Part shown: positions 1 to 11,851 of the stretch, piece by piece
Layout: the number at the start of each line of letters is the position of its first letter
How positions within the stretch are numbered: position 1 is the first letter of the stretch
Assembly: GCA_963765895.1 (NCBI GenBank)
Contig: CAVXZB010000038.1
Span: 96,001 to 160,000 of the forward strand
Length of the DNA: 64,000 nt
Origin: an uncultured Nitrososphaeraceae archaeon
GTDB taxonomy: Archaea > Thermoproteota > Nitrososphaeria > Nitrososphaerales > Nitrososphaeraceae
Reading direction: 5' to 3'
Position numbers and translations under genes: made by a program
The notes under the pieces: model-generated
What the model was told of the DNA's origin: nothing
Database searches by the model: none
The model's input: the letters and a program-made list of their open reading frames with translations, nothing else

Positions 1-805
1 GACCGGCCAAAAAGATTGTCATGACTTCGTCTCTTAGCTGAGTGTCAGTCATTCGTTTAATTCCAGCATCTGAATCCTGAGCTTCCAGCAATGTGTACAA
101 TAAATCTGACTTTGATGTCTCATTAGCTGTGTTATTCCGATGTTCCTGAATCATATTGAATACTATAGAGTCTAATCTCTTCTTTGCTTTTTGAAAGCCC
201 TTGTTGATGGGTAGTATAGGAATCTTTTCAATAAGTTCTCCAAATGGCATGAGCAAACGATTAAAGTATTCAGCACACGTCAGCAAGTCATCGCCTACTT
301 GATTCCCTTCAGCTGATTGAATGTCAGAGCCCAGAACGGCTTTACTAATTATAGACGAGGTAAGGTTTATCATACTCTTATGGATGTCTAGCTTCTCTTC
401 ATCTTTCCAATCCCTACACATATTAACAGAATGTGCCGTTACTATCTCCCCATACTTTTTTACAAGATTAGGAAGGAATGCAGGTTGTATTATGCGTCTC
501 TGTCGATCATGATACTCACCTTCACTAGTTACAAGACCCTCTCCTAGCAGGCGCTTAGAAACCTGCAGACCCCTGCTTTTCGTGAAATTTTTATGATTCT
601 TCACTAGTACGTCTTCTATAAATTGCGGATTGTTTAAAAGGTATACATGCTGTCTTCCAAATTTAAAATGAGCGATATCACCATATTTGTTTGTTATAGC
701 CATCAGGGTTTCGGTGGGATTATGAATAAATTCACGCATTAGTTTGTTTGGCAATAACGATGTAGGTCCAGGAGGATATTTGACGGTTCGAACTTTAGGT
801 GACAA
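1..805 (-). CDS. Cytochrome P450, N-terminal part (runs off the left edge; not in ORF track)
   Basis: Manual translation from TTG at 805: ...YPPGP...YGDIAHFKFGRQHVYLLNNPQFIEDVL...LLGEGLVTSEGEYHDRQRRIIQPAF...MTDTQLRDEVMTIFLAG, i.e. the P450 Pro-rich start, C-helix HxxxR and I-helix AG(H). Confidence 0.93.
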   Translation of the reverse strand, partial: MSPKVRTVKYPPGPTSLLPNKLMREFIHNPTETLMAITNKYGDIAHFKFGRQHVYLLNNPQFIEDVLVKNHKNFTKSRGLQVSKRLLGEGLVTSEGEYHDRQRRIIQPAFLPNLVKKYGEIVTAHSVNMCRDWKDEEKLDIHKSMINLTSSIISKAVLGSDIQSAEGNQVGDDLLTCAEYFNRLLMPFGELIEKIPILPINKGFQKAKKRLDSIVFNMIQEHRNNTANETSKSDLLYTLLEAQDSDAGIKRMTDTQLRDEVMTIFLAG

Positions 806-1304
806 TTTTGTCTTTTACTCTTTTGTTCTGGCCAAAATATAAAGCTGTGTGATAACGATCGAAAAGGTGTATGAAAAACATCCATCTGGACCTTTCCCAT
901 CATCAGTCTAGCATGCATAGCCCGAGGACCGGATATTTACCAAACTATCTATTGTTTCTGGACAGGACTAATTGATACTCTAAACACATCATTTACAAAT
1001 TAGATCAAAGCTACATATCGCAATGACAATCAGTCAAGAATTAAATTGTTCCATTGAAGAGGCTTCAAGCTGTCCAACGATGGTCAGTATATTCTTGTAA
1101 ACACAATATAGTCATAGAAAATAATAATCTCTAGACTGAGTCACCCAATTTCAGGCATGTCAGCTTCGGCATATTAATTAGATTAAAATTCGAGGTTCCT
1201 AATGGGGATAATGGGTGCACAAATCTTCAAATCACCTATTGTTAACTACCGTACCTGTATAGCACTTTAGTAAACGTCATAAACTCGATGACAGCAGACA
1301 ATTA

Positions 1305-2267
1305 TTATGGGGCTTCGATTAACGAGCTAACCACTTCTGTCCATCCTTCTGCGATATTCCTCTGATTATAACCTCCACCACCTAGCGCAATTATTCTCCC
1401 GTCGCAATAAATATGCGATAATCGGTGTAATGCATCTGCTGCATATTTATGCGCCTTCGACGTAAATTCCAGATGAGTTATCGGATCTCCTTGAATACCA
1501 TCTGCACCACATTGTAAAATTATTAATTCGGGCTTTGCTGTGTTCTCTATAAACGATTCGATTTTTCTAAAGCTAGCGATAAAATCGTCGTCATTAGACC
1601 TTGGTGCTAATGGTAAATTCATCTTTGAGCCCTTCGCATCTCCGATTCCTGTTTCGTGTTCAGAACCAGTTCCTGGGTATAGATAGTGACCATCTTCATG
1701 TATATCCGCGATAAAGAGCAAGGGATCATTTTCAAATTCATAAAAAACTCCATCACCATGGTGTGCGTCTATATCTACGTACAAAATCCGTCTGATATTA
1801 TACTTCTTTCTTGCTTCCATGATGACTACACCGATGTCGTTAAAAATACAAAAACCACCTGCACACCCTCTCCTTGCATGGTGTAGTCCTCCAATAGGAT
1901 TGAACGCATGTTGAATTCCGTCTTTTCTATCCATAATTAGATTCAATGCTCGTAGGCTAGTGCCAACAATATATGAGGATGCCTCAAATGCACCTACAAA
2001 GGCAGGTGTATCTCCAAGATCTAAATAACCGGTGCCAAGTTTTGAAGCATGTCTAACGAAATCGATGTATGTCAAGTCATGGAATTGCTGTATAGTCTCT
2101 GCAGATGCAATTTCTGGCTGCACTACTTTGATTTGGCCGGAATTTTGAAGTTCTAACTCATTGAATTTTGACCAAAAAGAATACAATCTATTCGAATTAA
2201 ATGGATGTGATTGTCCAAATCCGTATTTTGCAAGCTCTTCCCCGAAAAAAACCGCTGTACTGCACAT
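1305..2267 (-). CDS. Histone deacetylase / acetoin utilization AcuC family Zn-dependent deacetylase
   Basis: GGLHHA, GFCIFND, DIDAHHGDG, QCGADG and GGGGY motifs. Confidence 0.93.
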   Translation of the reverse strand: MCSTAVFFGEELAKYGFGQSHPFNSNRLYSFWSKFNELELQNSGQIKVVQPEIASAETIQQFHDLTYIDFVRHASKLGTGYLDLGDTPAFVGAFEASSYIVGTSLRALNLIMDRKDGIQHAFNPIGGLHHARRGCAGGFCIFNDIGVVIMEARKKYNIRRILYVDIDAHHGDGVFYEFENDPLLFIADIHEDGHYLYPGTGSEHETGIGDAKGSKMNLPLAPRSNDDDFIASFRKIESFIENTAKPELIILQCGADGIQGDPITHLEFTSKAHKYAADALHRLSHIYCDGRIIALGGGGYNQRNIAEGWTEVVSSLIEAP

Positions 2268-2735
2268 AACATCTATAATTAAGATACTAGTGAGAAAATA
2301 AGTATTGTGTAGGATGATTGATCCGTTTTGTTGGCCCAGCCATGACCACTATTCCTGTGGGCTAAGCGATAGTTGTTCCATCTATTCCCTACATATGTGA
2401 ATAGTGATCTATAATATAATAATTAACTCCAGAAGGACAACAGTATACATAATTTGGATCTAATTAACACCAAACCGACAGTCGATGTACCACTGTTCTG
2501 GCTAGCATTAGTTAGGAGACGTCGGCTAAAATTATGATTTATTAATCAAAGGCCTACTACGTAGAATAATTAAGTAATTAATTAAGTAATGTTGGGTTTT
2601 TCAGGATGCAGCAAGGAAAAGACTAACTAGGAAAACTCGAGGGAACTAATTTAAAGTCGAGATTGATGAGTATCAAGTGATTTCAAAAAAAGGCATATTC
2701 TAGTAACTACAAGAATCCAGGCAACTTTCTGAAAT

Positions 2736-3107
2736 CTATTGCGCTGATTGCTTTAGTACATCTTCTCCTCGAACCTTTGAGCTAATATCAAATGCATCAG
2801 AAACGTCCTTCACAAAGATATAACCATGGGCGTGCTTACCTGTTTTCAGATTATTCATAATATCATCGACAATCTCTTTTACTGCCGAGTCAGCCACCAT
2901 AGTTTCCACCTTGGACCTTTTTACGAATTCCGGAATAATCATCTTTCCTGACATGTAAGATCTCACTATCTCAGGTATAGCATCGTGTTTCGTACGGCCT
3001 GAACCCATAACCTCAGAAAAAGTCAAACCCATGACATCATGCTTGTGGAGAATTTCTGTGACCTCAAATAATTTTTCCTGAGGAACATAAATTGTTAATT
3101 CCTTCAT
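2736..3107 (-). CDS. P-II family nitrogen regulatory protein
   Basis: MKELTIYVPQEKL..V..IL...GLTFSEVMGSGR...KVE..V.D...G.IFV..V.DA; likely start is ATG 3107 rather than the ORF-track start 3164. Confidence 0.88.
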   Translation of the reverse strand: MKELTIYVPQEKLFEVTEILHKHDVMGLTFSEVMGSGRTKHDAIPEIVRSYMSGKMIIPEFVKRSKVETMVADSAVKEIVDDIMNNLKTGKHAHGYIFVKDVSDAFDISSKVRGEDVLKQSAQ

Positions 3108-3479
3108 TGCCAGAAGTTGTTTACTAGTAGAAGAAATATAAACATTTACACACTTTCCTTTCAAAGAAGTATATCCATTAAACTATCATATCTATCAATC
3201 TTCTGTCGGTCTAGAATTACTACCGTACCTCGCATGCTAACAAACTCATCCCCAGACTACTCATTGTCATAGGTCGCATCAATGAGTAATTGTGACACGA
3301 GCCAATCTATTCAAAAAATTATATCCTTTTGATGTACTACAAAGCCTTAGGAGTGTCAGTCGGTCTAGTTACTAAGTAAAACCAGTCGTTTATCAGCCAC
3401 TCCTATAATTCGAAATATCCATTATCTGATTCGTAGGAATGCTAAAACAGATTAGAATAGGAACATACTCATCGTGAAT

Positions 3480-4142
3480 TTAGTACACATTTAGTACTAT
3501 CCAGTACAAGCCGAATATAACGAGTAGTACGCTGAAACCCAAGAGAAATATATTATAATATCTTACATCTAAGATATATTTTCCCTTCTGTGCCAAAAAC
3601 GAAGTACCTCCTAGCCAAACATAATCCATCCATATGTGAAAAATAAAAACTGCAAGGCTTCCGAAAACGATACCAAAAAGAAAAATCGAATCAGAAACTA
3701 TTTTTAAACCCACAGTAAACCACCAGACTAGGAAGAATGGATTGAGAAGACTGAATATTATGCCACCAAGAATGGGTTTATTACTTAACGAATATTTGGT
3801 CCTGTCAATAAGATTGCCTGGACTCGTATTATTTTTTTCCCTAATAACAACATTGCAAATTTGTAGTATCGAAAAAATGATGATCGCGATACCACCCAAT
3901 AATCCGATAGATTTCAGGATAGCATTATGCGCAACTGAAGTCCCCGAAAAATGAAAGAGACCAAATGACAGCATGAGAATAATGGGTAGCTCTACGATAG
4001 TGTGGCCAGATGCCATCTTTATTCCTCCACGAAAGCCTTGTCTACTTCCATAAATCAGGTTTGCAAAAAATAGCGGACCAGGAGAGAGAACACCTGACGC
4101 CGATAGGAATATAACCTCTATTGCAAATTCAAAAGTTTTCAC
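3480..4142 (-). CDS. LysE family translocator
   Basis: SGVLSPGPLF, G.GH..VE and LNPFFLVWW motifs; several hydrophobic helices. Confidence 0.88.
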   Translation of the reverse strand: MKTFEFAIEVIFLSASGVLSPGPLFFANLIYGSRQGFRGGIKMASGHTIVELPIILMLSFGLFHFSGTSVAHNAILKSIGLLGGIAIIIFSILQICNVVIREKNNTSPGNLIDRTKYSLSNKPILGGIIFSLLNPFFLVWWFTVGLKIVSDSIFLFGIVFGSLAVFIFHIWMDYVWLGGTSFLAQKGKYILDVRYYNIFLLGFSVLLVIFGLYWIVLNVY

Positions 4143-5055
4143 GTCCTACCGTATAAGAAGATTGGAGATTTAGTACTTAAAAATGTGTTAATTATACTCA
4201 GGTTGATATCCAGAAGCACAACTTGTAAATAGATAAAATCAAGGAGGCTTTGCATTTAGCATTGTAGAGACTTGGATCAAGAAATGAGGTTCTTGTTAAA
4301 TAGATGAGAACGGAAGATTCTACTATTGAGATACCAATCAATCCAGGCTTATTAATCGCAAACCATTCATAATTTTGAACGAGTACTATTCGTGGCAATT
4401 TTGTGGATTGTAACGGCAAGCCCACCTTGGTCTAGAAGTACAATCAGCGATCAGATTATGGGTTGATGCGAGGTTTGATAAAGCTATTGAATTTACAATT
4501 ACAGGTAGGGCAGAATTACAATGTGATGAAAAATTGGTTTTCGAACTATTATAATCGCTCGACAACAGTTATCTCTCATTACCATTAACTTTGCATGGGC
4601 TTCCTCATTTTGGCAGGCAATATTATGAAATGTCATTACAAAATCGTTTCCATAGTTTTCACGGAATGAAGCGCCAGTATTTTAGTATTATCAATTCTCG
4701 TCGTAGTCTAATTCACAGCCGGTGCAAGTATTATACTCTAGATGGAAACAAAATTAGGTCGGACTATAGACAATAAAAATTACATTGTCAGTCTACCAAG
4801 TACGATCAAATTATTCCCTTGTCGGGAAATAAGATGTTTGCCATGTGTGCGTTAGAATGAATATTCTCATGGATAACAAATGTTAAGCATATTTGCCCCA
4901 CTCAAAACCAGAACAAAGCAAGAAAATTAGGCATTAATCCTACAACTTATCAAGATCTCAAAAAATCTATGGGTAAAACATGATAAATCAACTATAGACC
5001 GCGAGTATTAAAACAAGTTTATTAATAAGCTCTGTTATAGCGGAGAATAACATCT

Positions 5056-8025
5056 ATGTCTGGTTCGCGTTCGCAAATAAACTGGTTTGTCCAACTGCTA
5101 ATAGTCTTTTCAGTTTCTGTTATCATATTGATCTCCACTCTCACGAGTAACGGCGTTTACACGATGAGCTTTGCAAAATCTTCTGACCGAAAGATACCTG
5201 GGACTACCTCAGGTATAGGAGAAGATCGAGGATCCAGATCTAGAAATAATCAATTACGAAATGAGACCGGGCCTCCGTCGACATCATCGCCTTCGATACC
5301 TGAGGCACCGACAAAAAGTGGAACTGGTACTCTTACAGTCAAAAAAATTATGATTAATGATGGTGGAGGCACCAAAAGGCCATCAGATTTTACAATTAAT
5401 GTCGATGGAAATAATCCCTCTCCACAATCATTTCCTGGCAGCTCTTCAGGCACATCAGTTGAATTAAACAAAGGCAGATATTCAGTTACAGAAACTGGTC
5501 CATCTGGTTATACTTCAAACCCATCATCAGGATGTTCTGGTTCAATAAATCCAGACCAGGAGAGGAACTGTACGATAACTAATGTGTACAATAAGCCTGT
5601 CCCACCACCTGTAACCACTGGAAAAATAATAGTTACTAAACAGGTGGTTAATGATGGTGGAGGCACCAAAAGGCCATCAGATTTTACAATTAATGTCGAT
5701 GGAAATAATCCCTCTCCACAATCATTTCCTGGCAGCTCTTCAGGCACATCAGTTGAATTAAACAAAGGCAGATATTCAGTTACAGAAACTGGTCCATCTG
5801 GTTATACTTCAAATCCATCATCAGGATGTTCTGGTTCAATAAATCCAGACCAGGAGAGGAACTGTACGATAACTAATGTGTACAATAAGCCTGTCCCACC
5901 ACCTGTAACCACTGGAAAAATAATAGTTACTAAACAGGTGGTTAATGATGGTGGAGGCACCAAAAGGCCATCAGATTTTACAATTAATGTCGATGGAAAT
6001 AATCCCTCTCCACAATCATTTCCTGGCAGCTCTTCAGGCACATCAGTTGAATTAAACAAAGGCAGATATTCAGTTACAGAAACTGGTCCATCTGGTTATA
6101 CTTCAAACCCATCATCAGGATGTTCTGGTTCAATAAATCCAGACCAGGAGAGGAACTGTACGATAACTAATGTGTACAATAAGCCTGTCCCACCACCTGT
6201 AACCACTGGAAAAATAATAGTTACTAAACAGGTGGTTAATGATGGTGGAGGCACCAAAAGGCCATCAGATTTTACAATTAATGTCGATGGAAATAATCCC
6301 TCTCCACAATCATTTCCAGGAAGTTCAGCTGGCTCTACCGTAACACTAAATCCCGGAAATTATAAAGTATTGGAACAGGGTCCAATATCTTCACAATTCG
6401 TGCCTGGTAAGTATACGCCAAACTACTCAGCAGAATGCAATGGAGTTATCAAGGCAGGTGAGACAAGTAACTGCATTATCACGAACAAGTATAATCCATT
6501 CGTTCCAGGCCTGCTATCAAAATTAATAGTCACTAAAAGGGTAATTAATGATGGTGGAGGCACCAAAGGGCCATCAGACTTCACCATTACCGTACATGGA
6601 AATAATCCTTCGCCTAATTCCTTCCATGGAAGTTCGTCTGGAACAAATGTAGAATTGAAGCCTGGTAGGTATAGTGCTACAGAAACTGGTCCTATCTCTC
6701 GTTACAACGCTGACTATTCAAAAGATTGTTCAGGAAATGCTAATGCTAGTCCTAATTCGATCAAGAAGTGCAATATCACAAATGTCTATCAAGAACCAGG
6801 ACCAACTTCGAAATTAATAATTATAAAAAACGTAGATAATAGTCTGCAAGGGTCCTTGAACAAAAGACCATCAGACTTCACCATCACGGTACATGGAAAT
6901 AATCCTTCACCTAGATCATTTGATGGTAAGTCAGATAGTGGCATTTCAGTCTCGATTTACCCTGGCAGCTATAGGGTAACTGAAAAGAGCCAATCAGGAT
7001 ATATCGTAGACTATTCTGCTGACTGTGATGGTAGTATAAAGTCAGGACAAACAAAGGTCTGCATAATAACTAACGAGGGTACATCCAGGTCTTTGCCTAG
7101 TATAGTTACCAGACCATTAGTAACTAATATTACTGGCTTTTCTTCGCCATATGGGGTTACAACAGATACTTCTAGTGGTAATGTCTATGTGACAAACTAT
7201 GGTAGATTCAATTCAACTGGCACTGTGTCAATAATAAATAGCACTACTAACACTATAACAAGTTCTCTTCCTGTAGAAAAGAACCCTCAGGCTGTCGCAT
7301 ACAATTCTGCTAACGGTCTTGCCTATGTCGCTAATCTTTTATCTAATACTTTATCCGTAGTTAACGGTACTGTCAACAAGGTAGTAAATTCTATTCAAGT
7401 AGGCAAATCTCCCGGTAATAGTCCTAGTGGTATAGGCATAAATTCCATAAATAATACGGTGTATACAATCAACACAGGTTCTAACACCGTATCAGTAGTT
7501 AATGGTACCAACAACCAAGTAAAAGGATACCTCTTAGGATTCTTTAACCCGTCTTCTGTATCATACGACCCGGATAACGATGGGATTTATATCAGTAACA
7601 GGGGGACAAATACTATATCTATAATTAATGGTTCGACTAATAGCGCAGTAAAGACAGTGTCTTCGGGCGGAGTTTTGCCATCAGCTTCAGTCTACAACTC
7701 GGCTAACGGGCTAGTCTATGTGAATAACGCCGGTTCAAACACCGTATCTATTCTTAATACGACCACCAATCGTGTAGTAGGCGTAATTCCCGTAGGCGCC
7801 GGGCCCAGCGGCATAGCATACAATCAAGATAACGGCAAAGTATATGTTGCTAACTCTGTATCCGGCACAATTTCTGTGATAAATGGTTCATCGAACACTG
7901 TCACTAATACAATACTGGTAGGAAGAACGCCAATCGGGCTAGCATATAACCCAATAAATAATAGCATATATGTTGCGAACTCTGATTCAAATACGGTCAC
8001 AGTAATTAAAGAGATCAATCCTTAG
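5056..8025 (+). CDS. Secreted surface protein: six prealbumin-like/Ig-like repeat domains plus C-terminal YVTN/YncE beta-propeller
   Basis: N-terminal hydrophobic signal; repeated K.V.NDGGGTKRPSDFTI.V.GNNPSP...C...C.ITN domains; YVTN/YVAN...SNTVSVIN blades. Confidence 0.88.
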   Translation: MSGSRSQINWFVQLLIVFSVSVIILISTLTSNGVYTMSFAKSSDRKIPGTTSGIGEDRGSRSRNNQLRNETGPPSTSSPSIPEAPTKSGTGTLTVKKIMINDGGGTKRPSDFTINVDGNNPSPQSFPGSSSGTSVELNKGRYSVTETGPSGYTSNPSSGCSGSINPDQERNCTITNVYNKPVPPPVTTGKIIVTKQVVNDGGGTKRPSDFTINVDGNNPSPQSFPGSSSGTSVELNKGRYSVTETGPSGYTSNPSSGCSGSINPDQERNCTITNVYNKPVPPPVTTGKIIVTKQVVNDGGGTKRPSDFTINVDGNNPSPQSFPGSSSGTSVELNKGRYSVTETGPSGYTSNPSSGCSGSINPDQERNCTITNVYNKPVPPPVTTGKIIVTKQVVNDGGGTKRPSDFTINVDGNNPSPQSFPGSSAGSTVTLNPGNYKVLEQGPISSQFVPGKYTPNYSAECNGVIKAGETSNCIITNKYNPFVPGLLSKLIVTKRVINDGGGTKGPSDFTITVHGNNPSPNSFHGSSSGTNVELKPGRYSATETGPISRYNADYSKDCSGNANASPNSIKKCNITNVYQEPGPTSKLIIIKNVDNSLQGSLNKRPSDFTITVHGNNPSPRSFDGKSDSGISVSIYPGSYRVTEKSQSGYIVDYSADCDGSIKSGQTKVCIITNEGTSRSLPSIVTRPLVTNITGFSSPYGVTTDTSSGNVYVTNYGRFNSTGTVSIINSTTNTITSSLPVEKNPQAVAYNSANGLAYVANLLSNTLSVVNGTVNKVVNSIQVGKSPGNSPSGIGINSINNTVYTINTGSNTVSVVNGTNNQVKGYLLGFFNPSSVSYDPDNDGIYISNRGTNTISIINGSTNSAVKTVSSGGVLPSASVYNSANGLVYVNNAGSNTVSILNTTTNRVVGVIPVGAGPSGIAYNQDNGKVYVANSVSGTISVINGSSNTVTNTILVGRTPIGLAYNPINNSIYVANSDSNTVTVIKEINP
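5354..6317 (+). repeat. 294-bp intragenic tandem repeat, ~3.3 near-identical copies
   Basis: ttaatgatggtggaggcaccaaaaggcc recurs at 5354, 5648, 5942 and 6236; the only difference noticed is the synonymous C>T at 5814. Confidence 0.97.
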
Positions 8026-8027
8026 TT

Positions 8028-8314
8028 AGTGAACGCCCGCAAGGCTCGCAGCGGAGTACGAGAATGCCCAGAAGCGGATACTTGAGGTATTCCGTAAATG
8101 GAGGGCGTTCGCAAGTTTCAAGATCAAGTCGTTCGTAGTGCGAGTAGGCGAATGGGGTGGCATATGCTAGTTGACTGCGAGGATCCGTTGACCGTTCGCA
8201 AGTTCTGCTCAACGTTCCCAGCCTTTGAATTTCAGGCTCCGCCCGTGATTGCCGTCGAAGATGCTGTCAGAGTAACTTGAAGCTATGGCCTGGCGCGATG
8301 GACTGAGGAGATGA
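8028..8314 (+). pseudogene. DUF3303-like protein remnant, 5'-truncated and frameshifted
   Basis: Joined frames give SERPQGS/AEYENAQKRILEVFRKWRAFASFKIKSFVVRVGEWGG/HMLVDCEDPLTVRKFCSTFPAFEFQAPPVIAVEDAVRV/LEAMAWRDGLRR*; visibly more GC-rich than flanks. Confidence 0.75.
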
Positions 8315-8944
8315 GAGGCTAGGCTAGCCTGTAGCTAGGCACCAATTACAGAGTTAGCCTTAGGAAGACAGCTCTGCCCAAAGATGCGATACACTAGTGT
8401 ATGTAATCCATCGCTGATTGCTAGAAAGACATCAACACGCAATAGGCAGATTGCAACCTCAGAAACCTTCTCAATTGTAACATCAACCTTGTATCACGAA
8501 GGTGCTGATCTTAAATAAATAACAACAATTCAGAAACCGTCTACTAGTTTGTTACTTTTAATCGCAATTCGAGTCTTCTGGATAGTTTAATGACTGGTGA
8601 AGTGTTATGGTTTTGAAAATAGTATCATAAGTATATTTTTGCATATCTAACACTCAGTAATTCTTAGAACACTCGATTTGTTGTTACTGATGATATTACT
8701 TCAGTTTTCTCTTCTTGTTCTTCATCTAACTGATTTTTGTCTTCATCATAATTAGGCTTGTGTGATCCATTATAATGTTCAATGTGATCTCAATAATATG
8801 AGAGTAGGCAACGATAGCTAGAGGAAAATTCATGCTCTATAGTCAAAGGCAATCGCTAATAGTCCCTCTGCATTCAGTTCATACGGCTAGAGACTTGATG
8901 ATCATCAAAATGCTATCACTAGGCTGAAAATCGCTTGACAATCA

Positions 8945-10001
8945 CTAGGTAATCTTAGCGATGATATTAGCTGCCTTCTGAGCTCCATTTTGATCTTCAT
9001 TAAAGCCGGGTCTAACTTTAGCCGTGGTAATTTTGTCTTCTATCAAAGATTCTAATGCAAATATATCCTCATATTTATATCCCATCAATCTCGCATTTTC
9101 TTCCTGTTCAAAATGGTTCTTGATAGGAATGAAAATCCCTGGTGTGCCATAAACGCAGGATTCGTCAATCGTTGACTTTCCTGCAAGGGATATCAAAAGA
9201 TCTGAAGCATAAATATATTCGTGTAAATTTTCAACCAAGCCAACATTCCTGAATTCATCATTTGATTCAATAAGCTTCAAAGAAGGCCCTGAAAAGACAA
9301 ATAAGTCTGTATCAAGTCTTTTTCGGAGCTTTCGGTGAACTGTTATCACTTTATTGATCAAGTATTTACCTGAGTCAGTTCCACCAATGCTGACAGCTAT
9401 GGTCCTTTTATTCATTCCAAATCTTTTTCTTAATTCCGATCTGTCTGGCGTAGTCAAGTTCCTCACTATAGGACCAACATGTGATATATTGTCTTTATCG
9501 TCACCATGACTTGGAATTATGACATGATCACAGCTTTTTATCATATGTTGCATAGACCTATTCATCTTAGACTCCAATAAAGAGAGTAACGGTGTTTTAA
9601 TAAACGAGGTTCTAATTATGTCAGTTATAAAAATTCGTTTCCGTTTCATTTCATTTCCAACTGAAATAGATGCAAAGTCTTCGTCGCTGACTATGAGTCC
9701 CTCATTTAATTGTACAATCCGTCTGGCTATTGATTTGCACCTTCTATAATACCTAACATACTTTAAGATCCATATCAAGGTATTTCGAAGTTTCATGTTA
9801 TCATCTACAGAAAATCCACTAGGATGATAAACGTTGTATGCTTTATATCCAAGTGAAGAAACCATTTTGTATGCATTTAACCCACTGACGGCTAGAGGTT
9901 TACTCATGCCTAAGCGCGGAAGGCATTCCAAAATGGCGATATCTCTAGTTGCATGTCCTAATCCAATTGGACTAATAAAAAATATTGTGATATGTTTTCA
10001 A
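8945..10001 (-). CDS. GT-B glycosyltransferase, MurG/GT28-like
   Basis: In-frame upstream FFISPIGLGHATRDIA, plus VSIGGTDSG, ISLAGKSTIDE and HFEQEENA; the start appears broken by a 1-nt indel near 9997. Confidence 0.82.
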
Positions 10002-10540
10002 ACCTCCGTAATCCCATACTGAACATTAGATAGGGAGTCGAAACTATAATAATTACATACCTAGCTCGATGTCTTTCCTGATAATCCATTCCATACATGT
10101 CGATTAGTCGTTGACTTTCAGGTCTCACTAGGTGTCACTTGCAAGATATCCGCCCAATTTGGTGCACAAACTGGCAGCTAGAATCAACACGAGATTAGAA
10201 CCCACTAGGTTATCTATTATGCGTAAGAGGTATGCAATTGATAGGTTGCCAACTAATGTCCATAGCCTTCGACCGCATTTGACATGAACGTAATCATTTC
10301 TAAAAACTAATGTAAATTTAGATCACCATTTTTGATAAATCGCGATACGACATTATTTAGGGCGTCTTCCTAGTATGAAAAATATCATTAGTATTTAAGT
10401 ATTGTCCATCAGATACAACACAACAGAAACAAGAAAGCATAACAAAATCAAAATGAAAGAGATCCTGATTAATCACTTTATCATTCTCTGTGTTGGAAGA
10501 ATGATTAAGCCCCCTATGTGAGTATAATTAGCGAGGTTAA

Positions 10541-11407
10541 TTGACAACACCAACCGATAACGCTCTAGGTGAGAAACGCATTCGAAAAAAATTTAGAGGA
10601 AAGTTTGTAGTAATAACAGGTGCTTCATCGGGTATTGGACGACAGGTCGCAATAGATTTCGCAAAGGGCGGCGCCTCTAAGATAATCATAATAGCTCGTA
10701 CTGAACCAAAATTGATAGAACTTCAAAGAATGATTGAGCAAACAACATTCCATGGACCAAGAGAAACAGAAGGACCAGACGTAATTCCATATGTATGCGA
10801 TGTCTCTCGAAGGCAGGAGGTAATGGCAATGGGAAGAGATCTGCTGCAAAAATTAGGCAGAATTGACATATTGGTTAATAATGCAGGGTTTGGAGCGCTT
10901 AGATATGTAGGAGCGCAAGAGATAGACGAAATAGAAGCAATCATGCATACAAACTATTTTGGGATGGTGTATTGTACTAAGGTTTTCTTAGATTCTATGC
11001 TGTCCAGGCGTACCGGTCATATAGTAAACATTGCTTCTGTTGCTGCTAGTTTTGGAGTTGCTGGCATGGCTGCTTACTGTGCCTCAAAATATGCTATGTT
11101 AGGTTTTTCTGAATCCCTCCGCCACGAATTGCATGGAACTGGAGTTGGAATAACTGTAGTCAGTCCAATAGGTGTGAAAACTAACTTTTTTAATAACAAA
11201 TTTTTCCCAGGTCGCATCCCAAATTATACCGGGTTAATGCTAAGTCCAAAGACCGTATCGAGAGCTATTATTTCAGCATCGTGCTCCCCACGATTAGAAA
11301 TAGTAGTTCCTTTTTACATTCGAGCTGCGATATGGCTAAAATGTACGTTACCATCTCTTATAAACCCACTAGTTGGAACTCTTTCTAGAAGACAGATGAA
11401 TGTATAA
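10541..11407 (+). CDS. Short-chain dehydrogenase/reductase
   Basis: ITGASSGIG, LVNNAG, catalytic S and YCASK. Confidence 0.95.
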   Translation: MTTPTDNALGEKRIRKKFRGKFVVITGASSGIGRQVAIDFAKGGASKIIIIARTEPKLIELQRMIEQTTFHGPRETEGPDVIPYVCDVSRRQEVMAMGRDLLQKLGRIDILVNNAGFGALRYVGAQEIDEIEAIMHTNYFGMVYCTKVFLDSMLSRRTGHIVNIASVAASFGVAGMAAYCASKYAMLGFSESLRHELHGTGVGITVVSPIGVKTNFFNNKFFPGRIPNYTGLMLSPKTVSRAIISASCSPRLEIVVPFYIRAAIWLKCTLPSLINPLVGTLSRRQMNV

Positions 11408-11851
11408 AAAGTTGAAGCTAGTTAGTATGTACGCAATAACGTACCAGACACTGCTACCTAACAACATAGCTTTTGATCTATGATTTAGTCTAGCCCTATG
11501 ACTGCAATAATTGGTAACTGTTTGTAAATCAAAGTTTGGAACAGGATTCCGGTAGATAAAAGACCATATACTTGCAAACTTGAAGCGGTCAATATCATAT
11601 ATTTATAGTTAAATTCCATTCAATCCTCCTGGCATGTTACCACATGAAGAATTTGAGCTAAACTACGTAAAGACTCTGGTAAGGAGATGAAAAACAGAGA
11701 TAAACAAAATCATTAGTATTAAGAAAATCAATTTGAATATGATACAAAGTTATAGTCTGTCCCAGGATATCATAGACCATTAAAGAATCAACGATATTAT
11801 CGTGGGCTACAATTCACATTTACTTAATAAAACCTTTAGCTATTGGAACGA

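Noticed and set aside
321-512. 63-aa plus-strand ORF
   Set aside because: Lies antisense within the P450 gene.
5250-6059. Three repeated minus-strand ORFs (73-85 aa)
   Set aside because: Antisense shadows of the 294-bp repeat in the surface-protein gene.
8028-8340. GC-rich stretch as an intron or structured RNA
   Set aside because: Better explained as a protein-coding remnant across three frameshifts.
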